Positions 41,796 through 51,916 of a stretch of 64,000 bases of DNA are shown in pieces (within the stretch, counting starts at the first letter, position 1; each line of letters begins with the position of its first letter). This stretch comes from Pseudomonadota bacterium. GTDB lineage: Bacteria > Pseudomonadota > Gammaproteobacteria > UBA9214. Made by a program: the position numbers and the translations under genes. The notes beneath the pieces were generated by a model, which was not told where the DNA came from, made no database searches, and saw only the letters and a list, made by a program, of their open reading frames with translations. Where the stretch lies: positions 1,257 through 65,256 of the forward strand of contig JBDLJX010000001.1 of NCBI GenBank assembly GCA_039714155.1, read 5' to 3'.

Positions 41796-42956
41796 TCAGC
41801 TGCCAGCCAGGGTATACGCGGCGAGTTTGCCACTGTTGCCGTAGATATAGAGAACATCATCGACCACCAGCGGCCGGGCACTGATCCCCCTGCCATCCAC
41901 CTTGATACGGCCGGCAATATGACCGTCATAACGCGACAGCAGATGGACATAGCCTTCAAAATCGCCAACGGCTACATAGTCAATAAACGGCACCGGCGCC
42001 GTCAGGGAGCGGTTCAGCAGTTCCTCCTGTTTCCAGACAGATCCGCCACTGTCTCGTGTCAGCGCCCACACATTGCTGTCCTGGTCGGTGACATACACTT
42101 GCCCGAAATCCACACCGAGGCCAGCATAGGAAGACATGTCACGGGTCCAGCCCAGATTGCCACTTTGCGCATCGACGACAGCGACGCGACCCTGGTAGGT
42201 GGCGACATACACAGCACTGCCAACGATGATCGGATCACCATCGATGTCCACCATGCGCTCGATTTCCGAGCGCCCCTGCGGCACGGCCACACTGGTCTCC
42301 CAGGCGACAAAACCGTTATCGATACTCAGCGCGGTAAGCTTGCCGCTGGCAAAACCGGCAATCACGGCACCGTAGCCAACTACCGGGGTACTGGTACCCC
42401 GTAATGTCAGAACCGGGACCGTGCGGTCGTAAATCCATAACTGGCTGCCATTGGCAGCATCAAGTCCGGTCACATTGCCATCAACTGCCTGTACAACGAC
42501 GACACCACGATCGATCTGCGGCACCGACAGGACCTCACTCGAAACCTGTGCCTCCCAAAGCAGTTCGCCATTATCAAGCTGCAATGCCAGTATGCGTGCA
42601 TCACTGGTACCGATGAGTACCAGCCCTTCGCCGGTCCCGGGGCCGGCAGAAATCGGTACATCAGTCCTGGTTTCCCAGATTTTCTTGCCGGATGCCACAT
42701 TGTAGGCCGCCACCCTGCCCTTGCGATCGGCCGCAAGCATAAATTCACCGTTGACTGCGGGAACCAGATGGACAAACTGCTTGCCGTAACCAACACCGAG
42801 ACTGACGCTCCAGAGATGCTTTAACGCTATCGGATCAGTCAGTTTTTCAAGTTTGGCCGGTGGCTCGGCGTTATCATCCCCGCCAAAGTAACCCGACATG
42901 GCCGAGCAACCGCCGAGCAGCCAGGCCAGCAACAGCAAGACCGGCAGTTGCTTCAT
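41796..42956 (-). CDS. bamB: Outer membrane protein assembly factor BamB
   Basis: 386 aa; lipobox LGGC; PQQ-like beta-propeller repeats. Confidence 0.92.
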   Translation of the reverse strand: MKQLPVLLLLAWLLGGCSAMSGYFGGDDNAEPPAKLEKLTDPIALKHLWSVSLGVGYGKQFVHLVPAVNGEFMLAADRKGRVAAYNVASGKKIWETRTDVPISAGPGTGEGLVLIGTSDARILALQLDNGELLWEAQVSSEVLSVPQIDRGVVVVQAVDGNVTGLDAANGSQLWIYDRTVPVLTLRGTSTPVVGYGAVIAGFASGKLTALSIDNGFVAWETSVAVPQGRSEIERMVDIDGDPIIVGSAVYVATYQGRVAVVDAQSGNLGWTRDMSSYAGLGVDFGQVYVTDQDSNVWALTRDSGGSVWKQEELLNRSLTAPVPFIDYVAVGDFEGYVHLLSRYDGHIAGRIKVDGRGISARPLVVDDVLYIYGNSGKLAAYTLAGS

Positions 42957-43612
42957 TGACTGTCGCCGCCGTTATCCAGCATGGCTGTGTTGTCATACTT
43001 CAGCTGTACCAGTACACGTTCGGGTAACTCCCGCTTCATGGCCGCCAGTGCAAGTTCATACTCGGCACGGGCACTGGCGCGATCACCGCGCGCCAGGTGG
43101 ATATCGCCACGCAATTCACGGTACAGGGGTTCAAAGGCATCTGTGGTACTGGCCTGGTTGATCATTGCCTCAGCCTCGTCCAGCTTGCCCTCGGCAATCA
43201 TGACTCGCACCAGCCGCAACCGGGCTGTATCCCGGATGACGTCCGATTTCGCATTATCCACGGCCCAGAGCAATTGTGCGTGCGCGGCTTCCAGTTCATC
43301 CTGGTCCAGCTTCACCCTGGCAACCGCCAGTGCTGCCAGTGGCGCATAGGGTGTTGAACTGAAATCGGTAATCAGGGTACCGGCCTTTTGCACAACGACG
43401 ACACCCTCGCCATTATTCAATGCGGCCATCATGGTCGTATACACATTCGAGGCATTCTCGGCCTTGCGCTCCTCGTAGGCGAACCAGGCCCTGGTGCCAA
43501 ACAGCACGGCCAGGCCCAGCAACAGGCCGGTGATAATCGAGCTGCCATTCTCCTTCCACCATTTCTTGAAGGCCTCGATTTGTTGTTCTTCAGTCGCATT
43601 CGGATCCATCAT
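42953..43612 (-). CDS. yfgM: YfgM family tetratricopeptide membrane protein
   Basis: 219 aa; N-terminal TM then TPR-like domain; synteny hisS-yfgM-bamB-der. Confidence 0.85.
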   Translation of the reverse strand: MMDPNATEEQQIEAFKKWWKENGSSIITGLLLGLAVLFGTRAWFAYEERKAENASNVYTTMMAALNNGEGVVVVQKAGTLITDFSSTPYAPLAALAVARVKLDQDELEAAHAQLLWAVDNAKSDVIRDTARLRLVRVMIAEGKLDEAEAMINQASTTDAFEPLYRELRGDIHLARGDRASARAEYELALAAMKRELPERVLVQLKYDNTAMLDNGGDSQ

Positions 43613-43639
43613 TGACTCCTGTTATCTGTAACTGTTCAT

Positions 43640-44926
43640 TCATCCTGAAGCGGTTAACCCCAGTAATTCGCCAAGCCGCCGGGCAGCATCCGGACGTACG
43701 ATGGTTTCCTGCTCACCATCGCAACGCAACGGCTTGATCGTCACTTCATCCCGGTCAACCTCGTTATCGCCGATGACCAGCGCCAGTTCGGCGCCACTGC
43801 GATCGGCACGTTTGAACTGGCTCTTGAAACTGCCGCCACCGCAATTTGCCTGCACCCGCAGGCCAGTGACCGCATCACGCAGTTCGTCTGCAAACACCAT
43901 GCCCTTGCGGACCGCCTCATCACCACTGAGGACCAGGTAGATATGCGGGTTGCAGTCCTGCAGATCAATACCGCAGGCATCGAGCAAGGCAATCAGGCGC
44001 TCAAGCCCGAGTGCAAATCCGACGGCCGGGGTGGCACGGCCACCAAGATACTCCACCAGTCCGTCGTAACGACCGCCTGCGCAGATAGTGCCCTGCGCAC
44101 CAAGTTTGTCGGTTACCCATTCAAACACCGTCTTGCTGTAGTAATCCAGCCCGCGCACCAGGCGTGAATTGATTTCATAAGAGATGCCGGCATCATCCAG
44201 CAAGGCGCACAAGCCCGCAAAATGTTCACGTGACTCGTCATCGAGATACCCGGAAAGCTGCGGTGCAGCAGCAATAACGCTCTGCATATCCGGGTTCTTG
44301 CTGTCGAGAATGCGCAACGGGTTGTTTTCGAGTCGCCGCTGACTGTCTTCATCGAGCTCTGATTGCCGTCCCCGCAGGTAATCCACCAGCGCAGTGCGGT
44401 AAGCTGCACGACACGCAACTGTACCAAGAGAATTCAGCTGCAACACAGCATCATCGAGTCCGAGTGCAGCCCACATCCGTGCCGTCATGAAGACAAGCTC
44501 GGCATCGATATCCGGGCCCGGCATACCAAAGGCCTCGACACCGATCTGATGGAACTGGCGGTAACGGCCCTTTTGCGGCCGCTCATGCCGGAACATCGGG
44601 CCGGCATACCAGAGTCTCTGCACCTGGTTATGAAGCAGACCATGCTCCATGCAGGCCCGTACACATCCGGCAGTCCCCTCCGGACGCAATGTCAGACTGT
44701 CACCATTACGGTCATCGAAGCTGTACATCTCCTTCTCGACGATATCAGTGACTTCACCGATCGAGCGCTTGAAGAGTTCGGTCTTCTCCAGCGACGGCAG
44801 GCGGATCTCCCGGTACCCGTAAGATTGCACAACATCACGCAGGGTATCTTCAAGAAACTGCCAGGCGGCACTATCCTGCGGAAGAATATCGTTCATGCCG
44901 CGAACGGCCTGGATGGTCTTCGCCAT
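43640..44926 (-). CDS. hisS: Histidine--tRNA ligase
   Basis: About 428 aa from [16 protein letters not shown]; class II motifs; ORF extends upstream to 45088 but the conserved N-terminus fixes the start. Confidence 0.93.
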   Translation of the reverse strand: MAKTIQAVRGMNDILPQDSAAWQFLEDTLRDVVQSYGYREIRLPSLEKTELFKRSIGEVTDIVEKEMYSFDDRNGDSLTLRPEGTAGCVRACMEHGLLHNQVQRLWYAGPMFRHERPQKGRYRQFHQIGVEAFGMPGPDIDAELVFMTARMWAALGLDDAVLQLNSLGTVACRAAYRTALVDYLRGRQSELDEDSQRRLENNPLRILDSKNPDMQSVIAAAPQLSGYLDDESREHFAGLCALLDDAGISYEINSRLVRGLDYYSKTVFEWVTDKLGAQGTICAGGRYDGLVEYLGGRATPAVGFALGLERLIALLDACGIDLQDCNPHIYLVLSGDEAVRKGMVFADELRDAVTGLRVQANCGGGSFKSQFKRADRSGAELALVIGDNEVDRDEVTIKPLRCDGEQETIVRPDAARRLGELLGLTASG

Positions 44927-44978
44927 GATCAGTCTGCGTGGATTCGTCAGCTTGTAATCGTAAATCTGAAACAGTTCA

Positions 44979-45470
44979 TCATCTGGCCGGCAGTTCCAGT
45001 CTGCCCCGTTCAGGTGCTTCCGTGGCCGTATTACGCGACTCCAGCACCCGCTCCACCACTGGCCATGCCAGCCACAGCAGGATGGCAACCAGCATGACCA
45101 GTATCACGTTACGTATCAAATGGCGTGACGGCAATCGCAACAGCGGCATTTTTTCCCCGCTGCCAATGACCGACAATGGCGGCAGCTCATCACCCTGCGC
45201 AACATACTGCCTTACCAGTTCATCTTCCGGGAGCCCCAGTAATCTTGCATAACTGCGGATATATCCCTGCACGAAAATCAGTGCCGGCAGCGCCGTCCGG
45301 TCCTCGTTCTCGATTGCGTTGATTATCGACGCATCCAGATGCAGCTCATTCGCCACCCTGTCCACGCCGAGTTTGTGACGGTTTCTGGCAGCACGCAGTC
45401 GCTGGCCTACCGCGGTGCCGGCATCATCCACAACATGATTGTTTTCCTGATTACCGGTTGCGTCGTTCAT
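44979..45470 (-). CDS. Short RodZ-like protein (XRE-type HTH plus single TM), lacking the periplasmic C-terminal domain
   Basis: 163 aa; [24 protein letters not shown]; [17 protein letters not shown]; sits where rodZ lies in pilW-rodZ-ispG-hisS clusters, but ispG is absent here. Confidence 0.7.
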   Translation of the reverse strand: MNDATGNQENNHVVDDAGTAVGQRLRAARNRHKLGVDRVANELHLDASIINAIENEDRTALPALIFVQGYIRSYARLLGLPEDELVRQYVAQGDELPPLSVIGSGEKMPLLRLPSRHLIRNVILVMLVAILLWLAWPVVERVLESRNTATEAPERGRLELPAR

Positions 45471-46233
45471 TTTCCCACTCCTGCAGGTTTCTGGTCTGCA
45501 TGGAATCCGGAAAATTGTTTTTCAGCAACAGCGTATAACGGCCAGAGGCATCATAATTACCCTCGGCATCCTCGACACGCACACCCAGCCACAGGATTTC
45601 CGGGGACAGGGGTGTCAGTTCCTCGATTCGCTGGATATAGGCGCGTGCACCGATGTAATTACTCTGGTCATAGCGCAACTGGACCATGTGCGTCAGTGCC
45701 GGAAGAAACCTGGCGTTTATCGCCAGCGCCTGGCGAAAATAGTCCTCCGCCTTCTCCATGTCCGGTATCTGCATGGCACAGGTGCCGGCATTGGTCAGTG
45801 CAGCAGAACGGCCACTGTAGACCGGGTTGCTGGCAGCCGCAATGAACCGCTCATCTGCTTTTTCATATTCGCCCTGCTTGCACAGGAACTGGCCATAATT
45901 GTTCAGGATCTGTGAGTTCTTTGGTGACAATTTCAGTGCCTTGCGGAAATGCTTCGCTGCCATGTCGTCTTCATCAAGGCGGTCATACAATACGGCAATG
46001 CCACCATGCGCACCGGCCAGGTCCGGATCCTGCTCAATGGCCTTCTCGAATTTCTTCAGCGCTACTTCCATCTCACCTTCACGCATGTAGGCGACGCCGA
46101 GTTGTACGTTGGCCCTGGCCGCCCGATGCCAGCGCGCATCGATTTGCTCCTGGTCCCTCTCCGGAGACGACGCACACCCGGCAAGCAACAATACCAGGAT
46201 GGCAGCTGACAGCATTCCCTGTGGTTTTATCAT
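45451..46233 (-). CDS. pilW: Type IV pilus biogenesis/stability lipoprotein PilW (PilF), TPR
   Basis: 260 aa; lipobox LLAGC; multiple TPR repeats; adjacent to rlmN as in Pseudomonas. Confidence 0.85.
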   Translation of the reverse strand: MIKPQGMLSAAILVLLLAGCASSPERDQEQIDARWHRAARANVQLGVAYMREGEMEVALKKFEKAIEQDPDLAGAHGGIAVLYDRLDEDDMAAKHFRKALKLSPKNSQILNNYGQFLCKQGEYEKADERFIAAASNPVYSGRSAALTNAGTCAMQIPDMEKAEDYFRQALAINARFLPALTHMVQLRYDQSNYIGARAYIQRIEELTPLSPEILWLGVRVEDAEGNYDASGRYTLLLKNNFPDSMQTRNLQEWENERRNR

Positions 46234-47345
46234 CAGTGTCTCACCTTACTGGCCGCCATGTGTTTACTCCGGCGCGTGGTACAGTCCCTGAAGCGACCCG
46301 CCAGTTGCCCGCAGGCGGCATCAATATCATCACCGCGGGTCTTGCGGGTTATGGTGACGATACCGGCACGGTTAAGCAGATCAAAGAACCGGTCTACACG
46401 AGTCCTGGAACTGCGCTGGTAGCAGGTATTCGGAAACGGATTGAACGGAATAAGATTGACCTTGGCAGGCACACCCTCAAGGCAACGAATCAGTTCACGG
46501 GCATGCCCGTCACTGTCATTTACACCGGCCAGCATGACGTATTCGAATGTCACCCGGCGCCGGCCCTCACCCACATAGTCCTTGCAGGCCGCCAGCAGTT
46601 CGCGGATTGGGTACTTGCGGTTGAGTGGCACCAGTTCGTCACGCAGGGCATCGTTCGGCGCGTGCAGCGATACTGCCAGACTGACATCACAATCCTCCCG
46701 CAGCTGCCGGATGGCCGGAACAACACCCGCGGTACTCAGGGTAATACGACGTTTGGAAAGACCAAAACCGAAATCATCCTGCATGATTTGCATGGCGCGC
46801 ACGACGTTGTCGTAATTCAGCAGCGGTTCACCCATGCCCATCATGACGACATTGGAAATTATCCGGTTACTGTCCGCCCGGCTACCAAGCGCCTTCGCTG
46901 CCACCCAGACCTGGGCAATGATCTCGCCGGTGGTCAGGTTGCGGTTAAAGCCCTGTTGTGCCGTGGAACAGAAACTGCAGTTCAGCATGCAGCCGACCTG
47001 TGATGACACGCACAACGTGCCACGCTCCGCCTCGGGAATAAACACGGTTTCGATACAATTACCGTCGTCAAGCTGCAGCAACCACTTGCGGGAACCGTCA
47101 TCCGAAAGCTGGTCGGCAGTGACCCCGGGCATGCGGATGGTGGCGCTGTCCAGCAGGCCCGTACGCAGGTCCTTGCTGAGGTTGGTCATGTCGGCAAAAT
47201 CGACCACCCCTTGCGCATAGATCCACTTCATCACCTGCGAGGCACGAAATACCTTCTCACCGCGGTCAAGGAAGAAACCTTCCAGGCCCTTGCGATCCAG
47301 ATCCAGCAAATTGGGTTTGTGAGTCGCAGTCATGTTATCCGCCAT
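46233..47345 (-). CDS. rlmN: 23S rRNA (adenine2503-C2)-methyltransferase RlmN (radical SAM)
   Basis: CxxxCxxC radical-SAM motif (CMLNCSFC); start set near [11 protein letters not shown] because the longer ORF would overlap ndk. Confidence 0.9.
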   Translation of the reverse strand: MADNMTATHKPNLLDLDRKGLEGFFLDRGEKVFRASQVMKWIYAQGVVDFADMTNLSKDLRTGLLDSATIRMPGVTADQLSDDGSRKWLLQLDDGNCIETVFIPEAERGTLCVSSQVGCMLNCSFCSTAQQGFNRNLTTGEIIAQVWVAAKALGSRADSNRIISNVVMMGMGEPLLNYDNVVRAMQIMQDDFGFGLSKRRITLSTAGVVPAIRQLREDCDVSLAVSLHAPNDALRDELVPLNRKYPIRELLAACKDYVGEGRRRVTFEYVMLAGVNDSDGHARELIRCLEGVPAKVNLIPFNPFPNTCYQRSSRTRVDRFFDLLNRAGIVTITRKTRGDDIDAACGQLAGRFRDCTTRRSKHMAASKVRH

Positions 47346-47364
47346 GATAGTACCTGTTGCCCTG

Positions 47365-47796
47365 TCAGCGCGTCCGCGGGCAATCACCGTCATCACCGAA
47401 GAAGAACGCAATCTCCTCTTTTGCGGTATCCGGGCCATCGGAACCATGCACGGCATTCTCGTCAAGGCTGCTGGCAAGATCCGCCCGGATGGTGCCGGGA
47501 TCGGCATCCTGCGGGTTGGTGGCGCCCATCAGCTCACGGTTTTTCATAATGGCGTTTTCGCCTTCCAGCACCTGCACCATGACGGGGCCGGAGGTCATGA
47601 ATTCCACCAGGTCATGGTAAAAAGGACGTTCCTTGTGCACGGCGTAGAAGCCCCGGGCCTGTTCCTTCGTCAGGTGCAGCATCTTTGCCGCAACGATGCG
47701 CAGGCCGCCTTTTTCGAAGCGGCTGTAGATCTCGCCGATGATGTTTTTCGCAACCGCATCAGGCTTGATGATGGAAAAGGTCTGTTCGATGGCCAT
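47365..47796 (-). CDS. ndk: Nucleoside diphosphate kinase
   Basis: 143 aa; [15 protein letters not shown]; active-site NAVHGSD. Confidence 0.95.
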   Translation of the reverse strand: MAIEQTFSIIKPDAVAKNIIGEIYSRFEKGGLRIVAAKMLHLTKEQARGFYAVHKERPFYHDLVEFMTSGPVMVQVLEGENAIMKNRELMGATNPQDADPGTIRADLASSLDENAVHGSDGPDTAKEEIAFFFGDDGDCPRTR

Positions 47797-47934
47797 GCAA
47801 GACTCCGTCTGTAATCGATAAATCAGGAAACCCGCCAGAAAACGGGAGCTTAGTGAATAAAATGAGGGCGTAGTTTACCGCCGATCACGCCGCACAGGCA
47901 ATGATAGTGCGGGGAAGCCATCCGGGATATTCAT

Positions 47935-48008
47935 TCTGCCACAGAGGGCACAGAGAACACCGGGTTTAAAGGCCTTATTGCCCGGTGTTCTCTGTGCCCT
48001 CTGTGGCA
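47935..48008. repeat. Perfect 29-bp inverted repeat (large hairpin) between ndk and sucD/mtkB
   Basis: ctgccacagagggcacagagaacaccggg - 16 nt loop - cccggtgttctctgtgccctctgtggcag; lies 30 nt downstream of the mtkB stop; possible terminator or protein-binding site. Confidence 0.8.
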
Positions 48009-48040
48009 GAAGACGGTTTTTACGAATTCAGGATATCCCC

Positions 48041-48910
48041 TCAGGAGAACACCCGGTGGGCGGTCTCGCCGATAAGGGCCGGGTTACGCACCACGTGGAC
48101 GCCCAGTTCCGCCATCATGTCCATCTTGGCATTGGCGGTATCGGACTCACCGGAAATGATAGCGCCGGCATGGCCCATGCGGCGTCCCGGGGGAGCCGAC
48201 ACGCCGGCAACAAAGCCGACCACCGGCTTGCTCATATGCTCCTTCGCCCAGCGTGCCGCCTCGACTTCCTGCGGCCCGCCGATCTCGCCGATCATGATAA
48301 CGGCATCGGTCTCCGGGTCCGCCTCGAAGGCGCGCAACACAGTCACAAAATCGGTGCCATTGACCGGGTCGCCGCCAATACCGACCGAGGTCGACTGCCC
48401 CATGCCGAGGGCGGTCATCTGCTGCACCGCTTCGTAGTTCAGGGTGCCCGAACGCGATACCACGCCGATACGACCCGGTGTATAGATGTGCGACGGCATG
48501 ATGCCGACCTTGCACGCCGCCGGTGTGATAATGCCTGGCGTGTTCGGGCCGATGATGATGGCATCGCGGTCCCTGGCATAACGCTTGACGCGCACCATGT
48601 CCTGCACCGGGATGCCGTCGGCAATGACGACAATGACGCCGATGCCGGCTTCCAGTGCCTCCATGATGGCATCCGCGGCGAACGGCGGCGGCACGAAGAT
48701 GCCGCTGACATCGGCGCCGGTCTCCCTGACAGCCTGTGACACGGTATCGAATACCGGCCGGTCCAGATGGGTCTGCCCCCCCTTGCCCGGCGTCACGCCA
48801 GCAACGACAGTGGTGCCATTGGCCATTGATTCCTCGGCATGAAAGGTCGCATGTTGACCGGTAAAGCCCTGGATGATGACCTTTGATTCCTTGTGTACGA
48901 ATACGCTCAT
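48041..48910 (-). CDS. mtkB: Malate/succinate--CoA ligase alpha subunit (closest to malate thiokinase MtkB; SucD family)
   Basis: 289 aa; CoA-binding and ligase-CoA domains; DGIPVQDMVRVKRY and GRRMGHAGAI segments match methylotroph MtkB better than E. coli SucD; operon with a malyl-CoA lyase. Confidence 0.6.
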   Translation of the reverse strand: MSVFVHKESKVIIQGFTGQHATFHAEESMANGTTVVAGVTPGKGGQTHLDRPVFDTVSQAVRETGADVSGIFVPPPFAADAIMEALEAGIGVIVVIADGIPVQDMVRVKRYARDRDAIIIGPNTPGIITPAACKVGIMPSHIYTPGRIGVVSRSGTLNYEAVQQMTALGMGQSTSVGIGGDPVNGTDFVTVLRAFEADPETDAVIMIGEIGGPQEVEAARWAKEHMSKPVVGFVAGVSAPPGRRMGHAGAIISGESDTANAKMDMMAELGVHVVRNPALIGETAHRVFS

Positions 48911-50079
48911 GAGCCGGATTCCCCGAGTTTTTCCATAACCCTGGTGGCAGCATCGTCCAGGTTATCGGCCATAATGAAATCCAGACCGGAAGCCGCCAGC
49001 ATCTCCGCGCCTTTCTCGACGTTGGTCCCGGCCAGACGCACCACGATCGGCACCTCGATCTTCTGGTCCTGCATGGCCTTGATCAGGCCCTCGGCAATCC
49101 AGTCACAGCGGTTGATGCCGGCAAAGATATTCACCAGAATAATTTTCACATTCGGGTCCTGCAGCACGATACGGAAGGCATTGCCGACCTTTTCGGGTGA
49201 AGCGCCGCCACCGACATCCAGGAAGTTGGCCGGCTTACCCTTGTGGAAACTGATCGCGTCCATGGTCGCCATGGCCAGCCCGGCACCGTTGACGATACAA
49301 CCGACATTGCCATCCAGCGCGATGTAGTTCAGTCCGTGACCGGTAGCCTCGACTTCTTTCGGGTCTTCTTCGTCAAAATCACGCAACTCGGTAATCGTCG
49401 GCCGGCGGTAGAGTGCATTGCCGTCGAATGACATCTTTGCGTCCAGCGCCATGAGTGTGCCGCCGTTCACTTCCGCCAGCGGGTTGATCTCGGCCATCAG
49501 CACATCCTTTTCACGGAAGCACTTGTATAACGCGCGCATCAGCTTGCTGGCTTCGTGGATCTGTTTGCCCTTGAGGCCAATGTTGGCGGCAATCTTGCGG
49601 CACTGGAATTCTATCAGGCCGATCGCCGGGTCAACGGTTTCGTGAATGACCTTCTCTGGCGTGGTCCTGGCAACCTCTTCGATATCCATACCACCGGATG
49701 CCGAGGCGATCACGGTGATACGCTGGGAACCACGGTCAATGACCATGCCCAGGTAGTATTCCTTTTTGATATCGCAGGCCTGTTCCACCAGCACCCGCTG
49801 CACCAGCCGGCCATCGGCACCGGTCTGCGGCGTTACCAGGTGGCTGCCAATCAGCTGGTCAGTGAACTGCCTGACTTCGTCCAGCGAGGCAGCGACTTTC
49901 ACGCCGCCACCCTTGCCACGACCGCCGGCATGAATCTGCGCCTTGACGACCCAGCGATCTCCGCCAAGATCCTCGGCGACAGTTGCGGCATTGTCGACGT
50001 TATGGGCTACGCGTCCGTCGGGAACCGGGATACCGTAGTTTCTGAGTAATTCCTTGGTCTGGTATTCATGAATGTTCAC
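48907..50079 (-). CDS. mtkA: Malate/succinate--CoA ligase beta subunit (closest to MtkA; SucC family)
   Basis: 390 aa ATP-grasp; NIFAGINRCDWIAEG and KAQIHAGGRGKGGG resemble MtkA (IFAGINRCDWVAEG) more than SucC (IFGGIVRCDLIADG). Confidence 0.6.
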   Translation of the reverse strand: MNIHEYQTKELLRNYGIPVPDGRVAHNVDNAATVAEDLGGDRWVVKAQIHAGGRGKGGGVKVAASLDEVRQFTDQLIGSHLVTPQTGADGRLVQRVLVEQACDIKKEYYLGMVIDRGSQRITVIASASGGMDIEEVARTTPEKVIHETVDPAIGLIEFQCRKIAANIGLKGKQIHEASKLMRALYKCFREKDVLMAEINPLAEVNGGTLMALDAKMSFDGNALYRRPTITELRDFDEEDPKEVEATGHGLNYIALDGNVGCIVNGAGLAMATMDAISFHKGKPANFLDVGGGASPEKVGNAFRIVLQDPNVKIILVNIFAGINRCDWIAEGLIKAMQDQKIEVPIVVRLAGTNVEKGAEMLAASGLDFIMADNLDDAATRVMEKLGESGS

Positions 50080-50094
50080 AGCGGATAACTCCGG

Positions 50095-51066
50095 TTAGCG
50101 TGCTGCCAGTGATTTTTCGATTTGATTGGCCTTCTGCACCATGACTTCCGCCTGGCGGATGGAAGCGGCATCGATCAGGCGGCCATCGAGCGCCACGGCG
50201 CCACGGCCCTCCTTTGCGGCATCCTCCATGGCAACCAGAATGCGGCGGGCGCGGTCGACCTCGGATTGCGCCGGCGTAAATACCTGGTTGGCCAGTTCGA
50301 TCTGTGACGGATGAATCGCCCATTTGCCCTCGACACCGAGAGCGGCAACACTTTTCGATACGGCGATGTATCCATCCGGGTCCTGAATATCCCCGAACGG
50401 CCCGTCGATCGGGCGCAGGCCATAGGCACGGCAGGCCACGACCATGCGCGAGATGGCAAAGTGCCACTGGTCACCCCAGTGACGTTCGCGTGCACCCTCA
50501 TTATCCGGGTGTGTCAGCATGAAGTAATCGGGATTGGCGCCACCCATCTGCGTGGTACGTGCCTGCGTCGATGCCGCGTAGTCGGCCACACCGAACACCA
50601 TGGCCTCGAGTCGTTCCGGGCAGGTCTGGGCAATACTCTCGACATTCGCCATACCAAGGGCAGTTTCAATAAGGATATGGATATTGATGGGCTTGATCTT
50701 CTTCGCCGCCTCGATCTGTTCAAGCATGGTCGAGACAAACAGGATATCAGCAGGCGAACCAACCTTCGGGATCAGGATGGTATCGAGCTTGTCACCAGCC
50801 TGTTCGACGACGTCGACAATATCACGGTAACAATAGTGAGTATCCAGGCCGTTGATGCGGATCGACACCGAGCAACTGGACCAGTCCAGGTCATTCAATG
50901 CCTCGATAATATTCTTGCGTGCCTGCGCCTTGTCATCGGGTGCAACGGCATCCTCAAGATCGAGAAAGACGAGATCGGCGCCCGCGGTCGGCGCCTTTTC
51001 AAGCATGCGGGTATTGCTGCCGGGGACAGCAAGTTCACTGCGATGCAGACGATTTCTTTCAGCCAT
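50095..51066 (-). CDS. mcl: L-malyl-CoA/beta-methylmalyl-CoA lyase (HpcH/HpaI-CitE family)
   Basis: 323 aa; high similarity along the whole length to Rhodobacter/Methylobacterium Mcl (DLEDAVAPDDKAQAR, GKWAIHPSQIELAN, IRQAEVMV). Confidence 0.75.
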   Translation of the reverse strand: MAERNRLHRSELAVPGSNTRMLEKAPTAGADLVFLDLEDAVAPDDKAQARKNIIEALNDLDWSSCSVSIRINGLDTHYCYRDIVDVVEQAGDKLDTILIPKVGSPADILFVSTMLEQIEAAKKIKPINIHILIETALGMANVESIAQTCPERLEAMVFGVADYAASTQARTTQMGGANPDYFMLTHPDNEGARERHWGDQWHFAISRMVVACRAYGLRPIDGPFGDIQDPDGYIAVSKSVAALGVEGKWAIHPSQIELANQVFTPAQSEVDRARRILVAMEDAAKEGRGAVALDGRLIDAASIRQAEVMVQKANQIEKSLAAR

Positions 51067-51341
51067 GCCTTACCCTCAAGTCAGAGACAAAAAACCTGTC
51101 AGCTGGCCAGCAACAGCGGCCAGGAGAAAACATTTTCCAGCGGAATCAAACCGGGTGAACCAAGGCCGCGTAATATACCGGTTTGTCAGCAGTTTTTAAA
51201 CGCGGCATCGGTATGTATAGCCAGCAACAGGTGGGTGACACCGCCGCCAGGGCAACTTCAATCGACAAACAAATAAACTGATAATCAGTTACTTAGTTAA
51301 TATTCTTCAGGCAGTTCCAGACACCGTTTAGGTAAATCTTT

Positions 51342-51542
51342 TCAGCTGCGTTCCTCGATCCATGCCATCTGGATGGCTTCAAGAATGCGTTCTCCGCAAT
51401 GTTCCGGATCATCGTCAAAGTCATTCAGCGCCATGACCCAGTTGCGCAGATCAACAAAATTCACATGCATCGGGTCGATATCCGGGCGGGTATCTTCCAG
51501 TTCAATTGCGATATCGAGGGTGTCGGTCCATTTCAGTGCCAT
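51342..51542 (-). CDS. iscX: Fe-S assembly protein IscX
   Basis: 66 aa MALKWTDTLDIAIELEDTRPDIDPMHVNFVDLRNWV... matches YfhJ/IscX. Confidence 0.9.
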   Translation of the reverse strand: MALKWTDTLDIAIELEDTRPDIDPMHVNFVDLRNWVMALNDFDDDPEHCGERILEAIQMAWIEERS

Positions 51543-51576
51543 ACGCCATGTACTCCTGATTCTGATTTTTACCTGT

Positions 51577-51915
51577 TCAGTGACTCTCGCTCACCATATT
51601 GATAGTGTATTTCGGTATCTCGATGACGAGATCAGTATCATTGACCCGCGCCTGGCAACTGAGTCGTGAGTCCGGCTCCAGCCCCCAGGCCTTGTCCAGC
51701 AGGTCGTCTTCCTCTTCCTCTGCATCTTCGAGTGAATCGCCGCCTTCACGAATGTAAACATGGCAGGTTGTACAGGCACAGGATTTCTCACAGGCATGTT
51801 CGATTTCGATACCATTGGCGAGCGCGGCATCGCAAATACTGGTTCCCGACTCGGCCTCGATGACGGCACCGTCCGGGCAAAGTTCTTCATGTGGCAAAAA
51901 GATAATTTGTGGCAT
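51577..51915 (-). CDS. fdx: 2Fe-2S ferredoxin (isc operon Fdx)
   Basis: 112 aa from MPQIIFLPH; Cys ligands [11 protein letters not shown] ... C. Confidence 0.92.
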   Translation of the reverse strand: MPQIIFLPHEELCPDGAVIEAESGTSICDAALANGIEIEHACEKSCACTTCHVYIREGGDSLEDAEEEEDDLLDKAWGLEPDSRLSCQARVNDTDLVIEIPKYTINMVSESH

Positions 51916-51916
51916 A

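Noticed and set aside
40199-42404. 445 aa and 358 aa plus-strand ORFs
   Set aside because: Antisense to der and bamB.
45912-47003. 363 aa plus-strand ORF
   Set aside because: Antisense to pilW/rlmN.
48041-50079. Calling these genes plain sucCD
   Set aside because: Not fully rejected. Kept as alternative, but signature segments and the adjacent mcl favour malate thiokinase; this needs phylogeny.
50311-51276. 321 aa plus-strand ORF
   Set aside because: Antisense to mcl, which has clear full-length homology on the minus strand.
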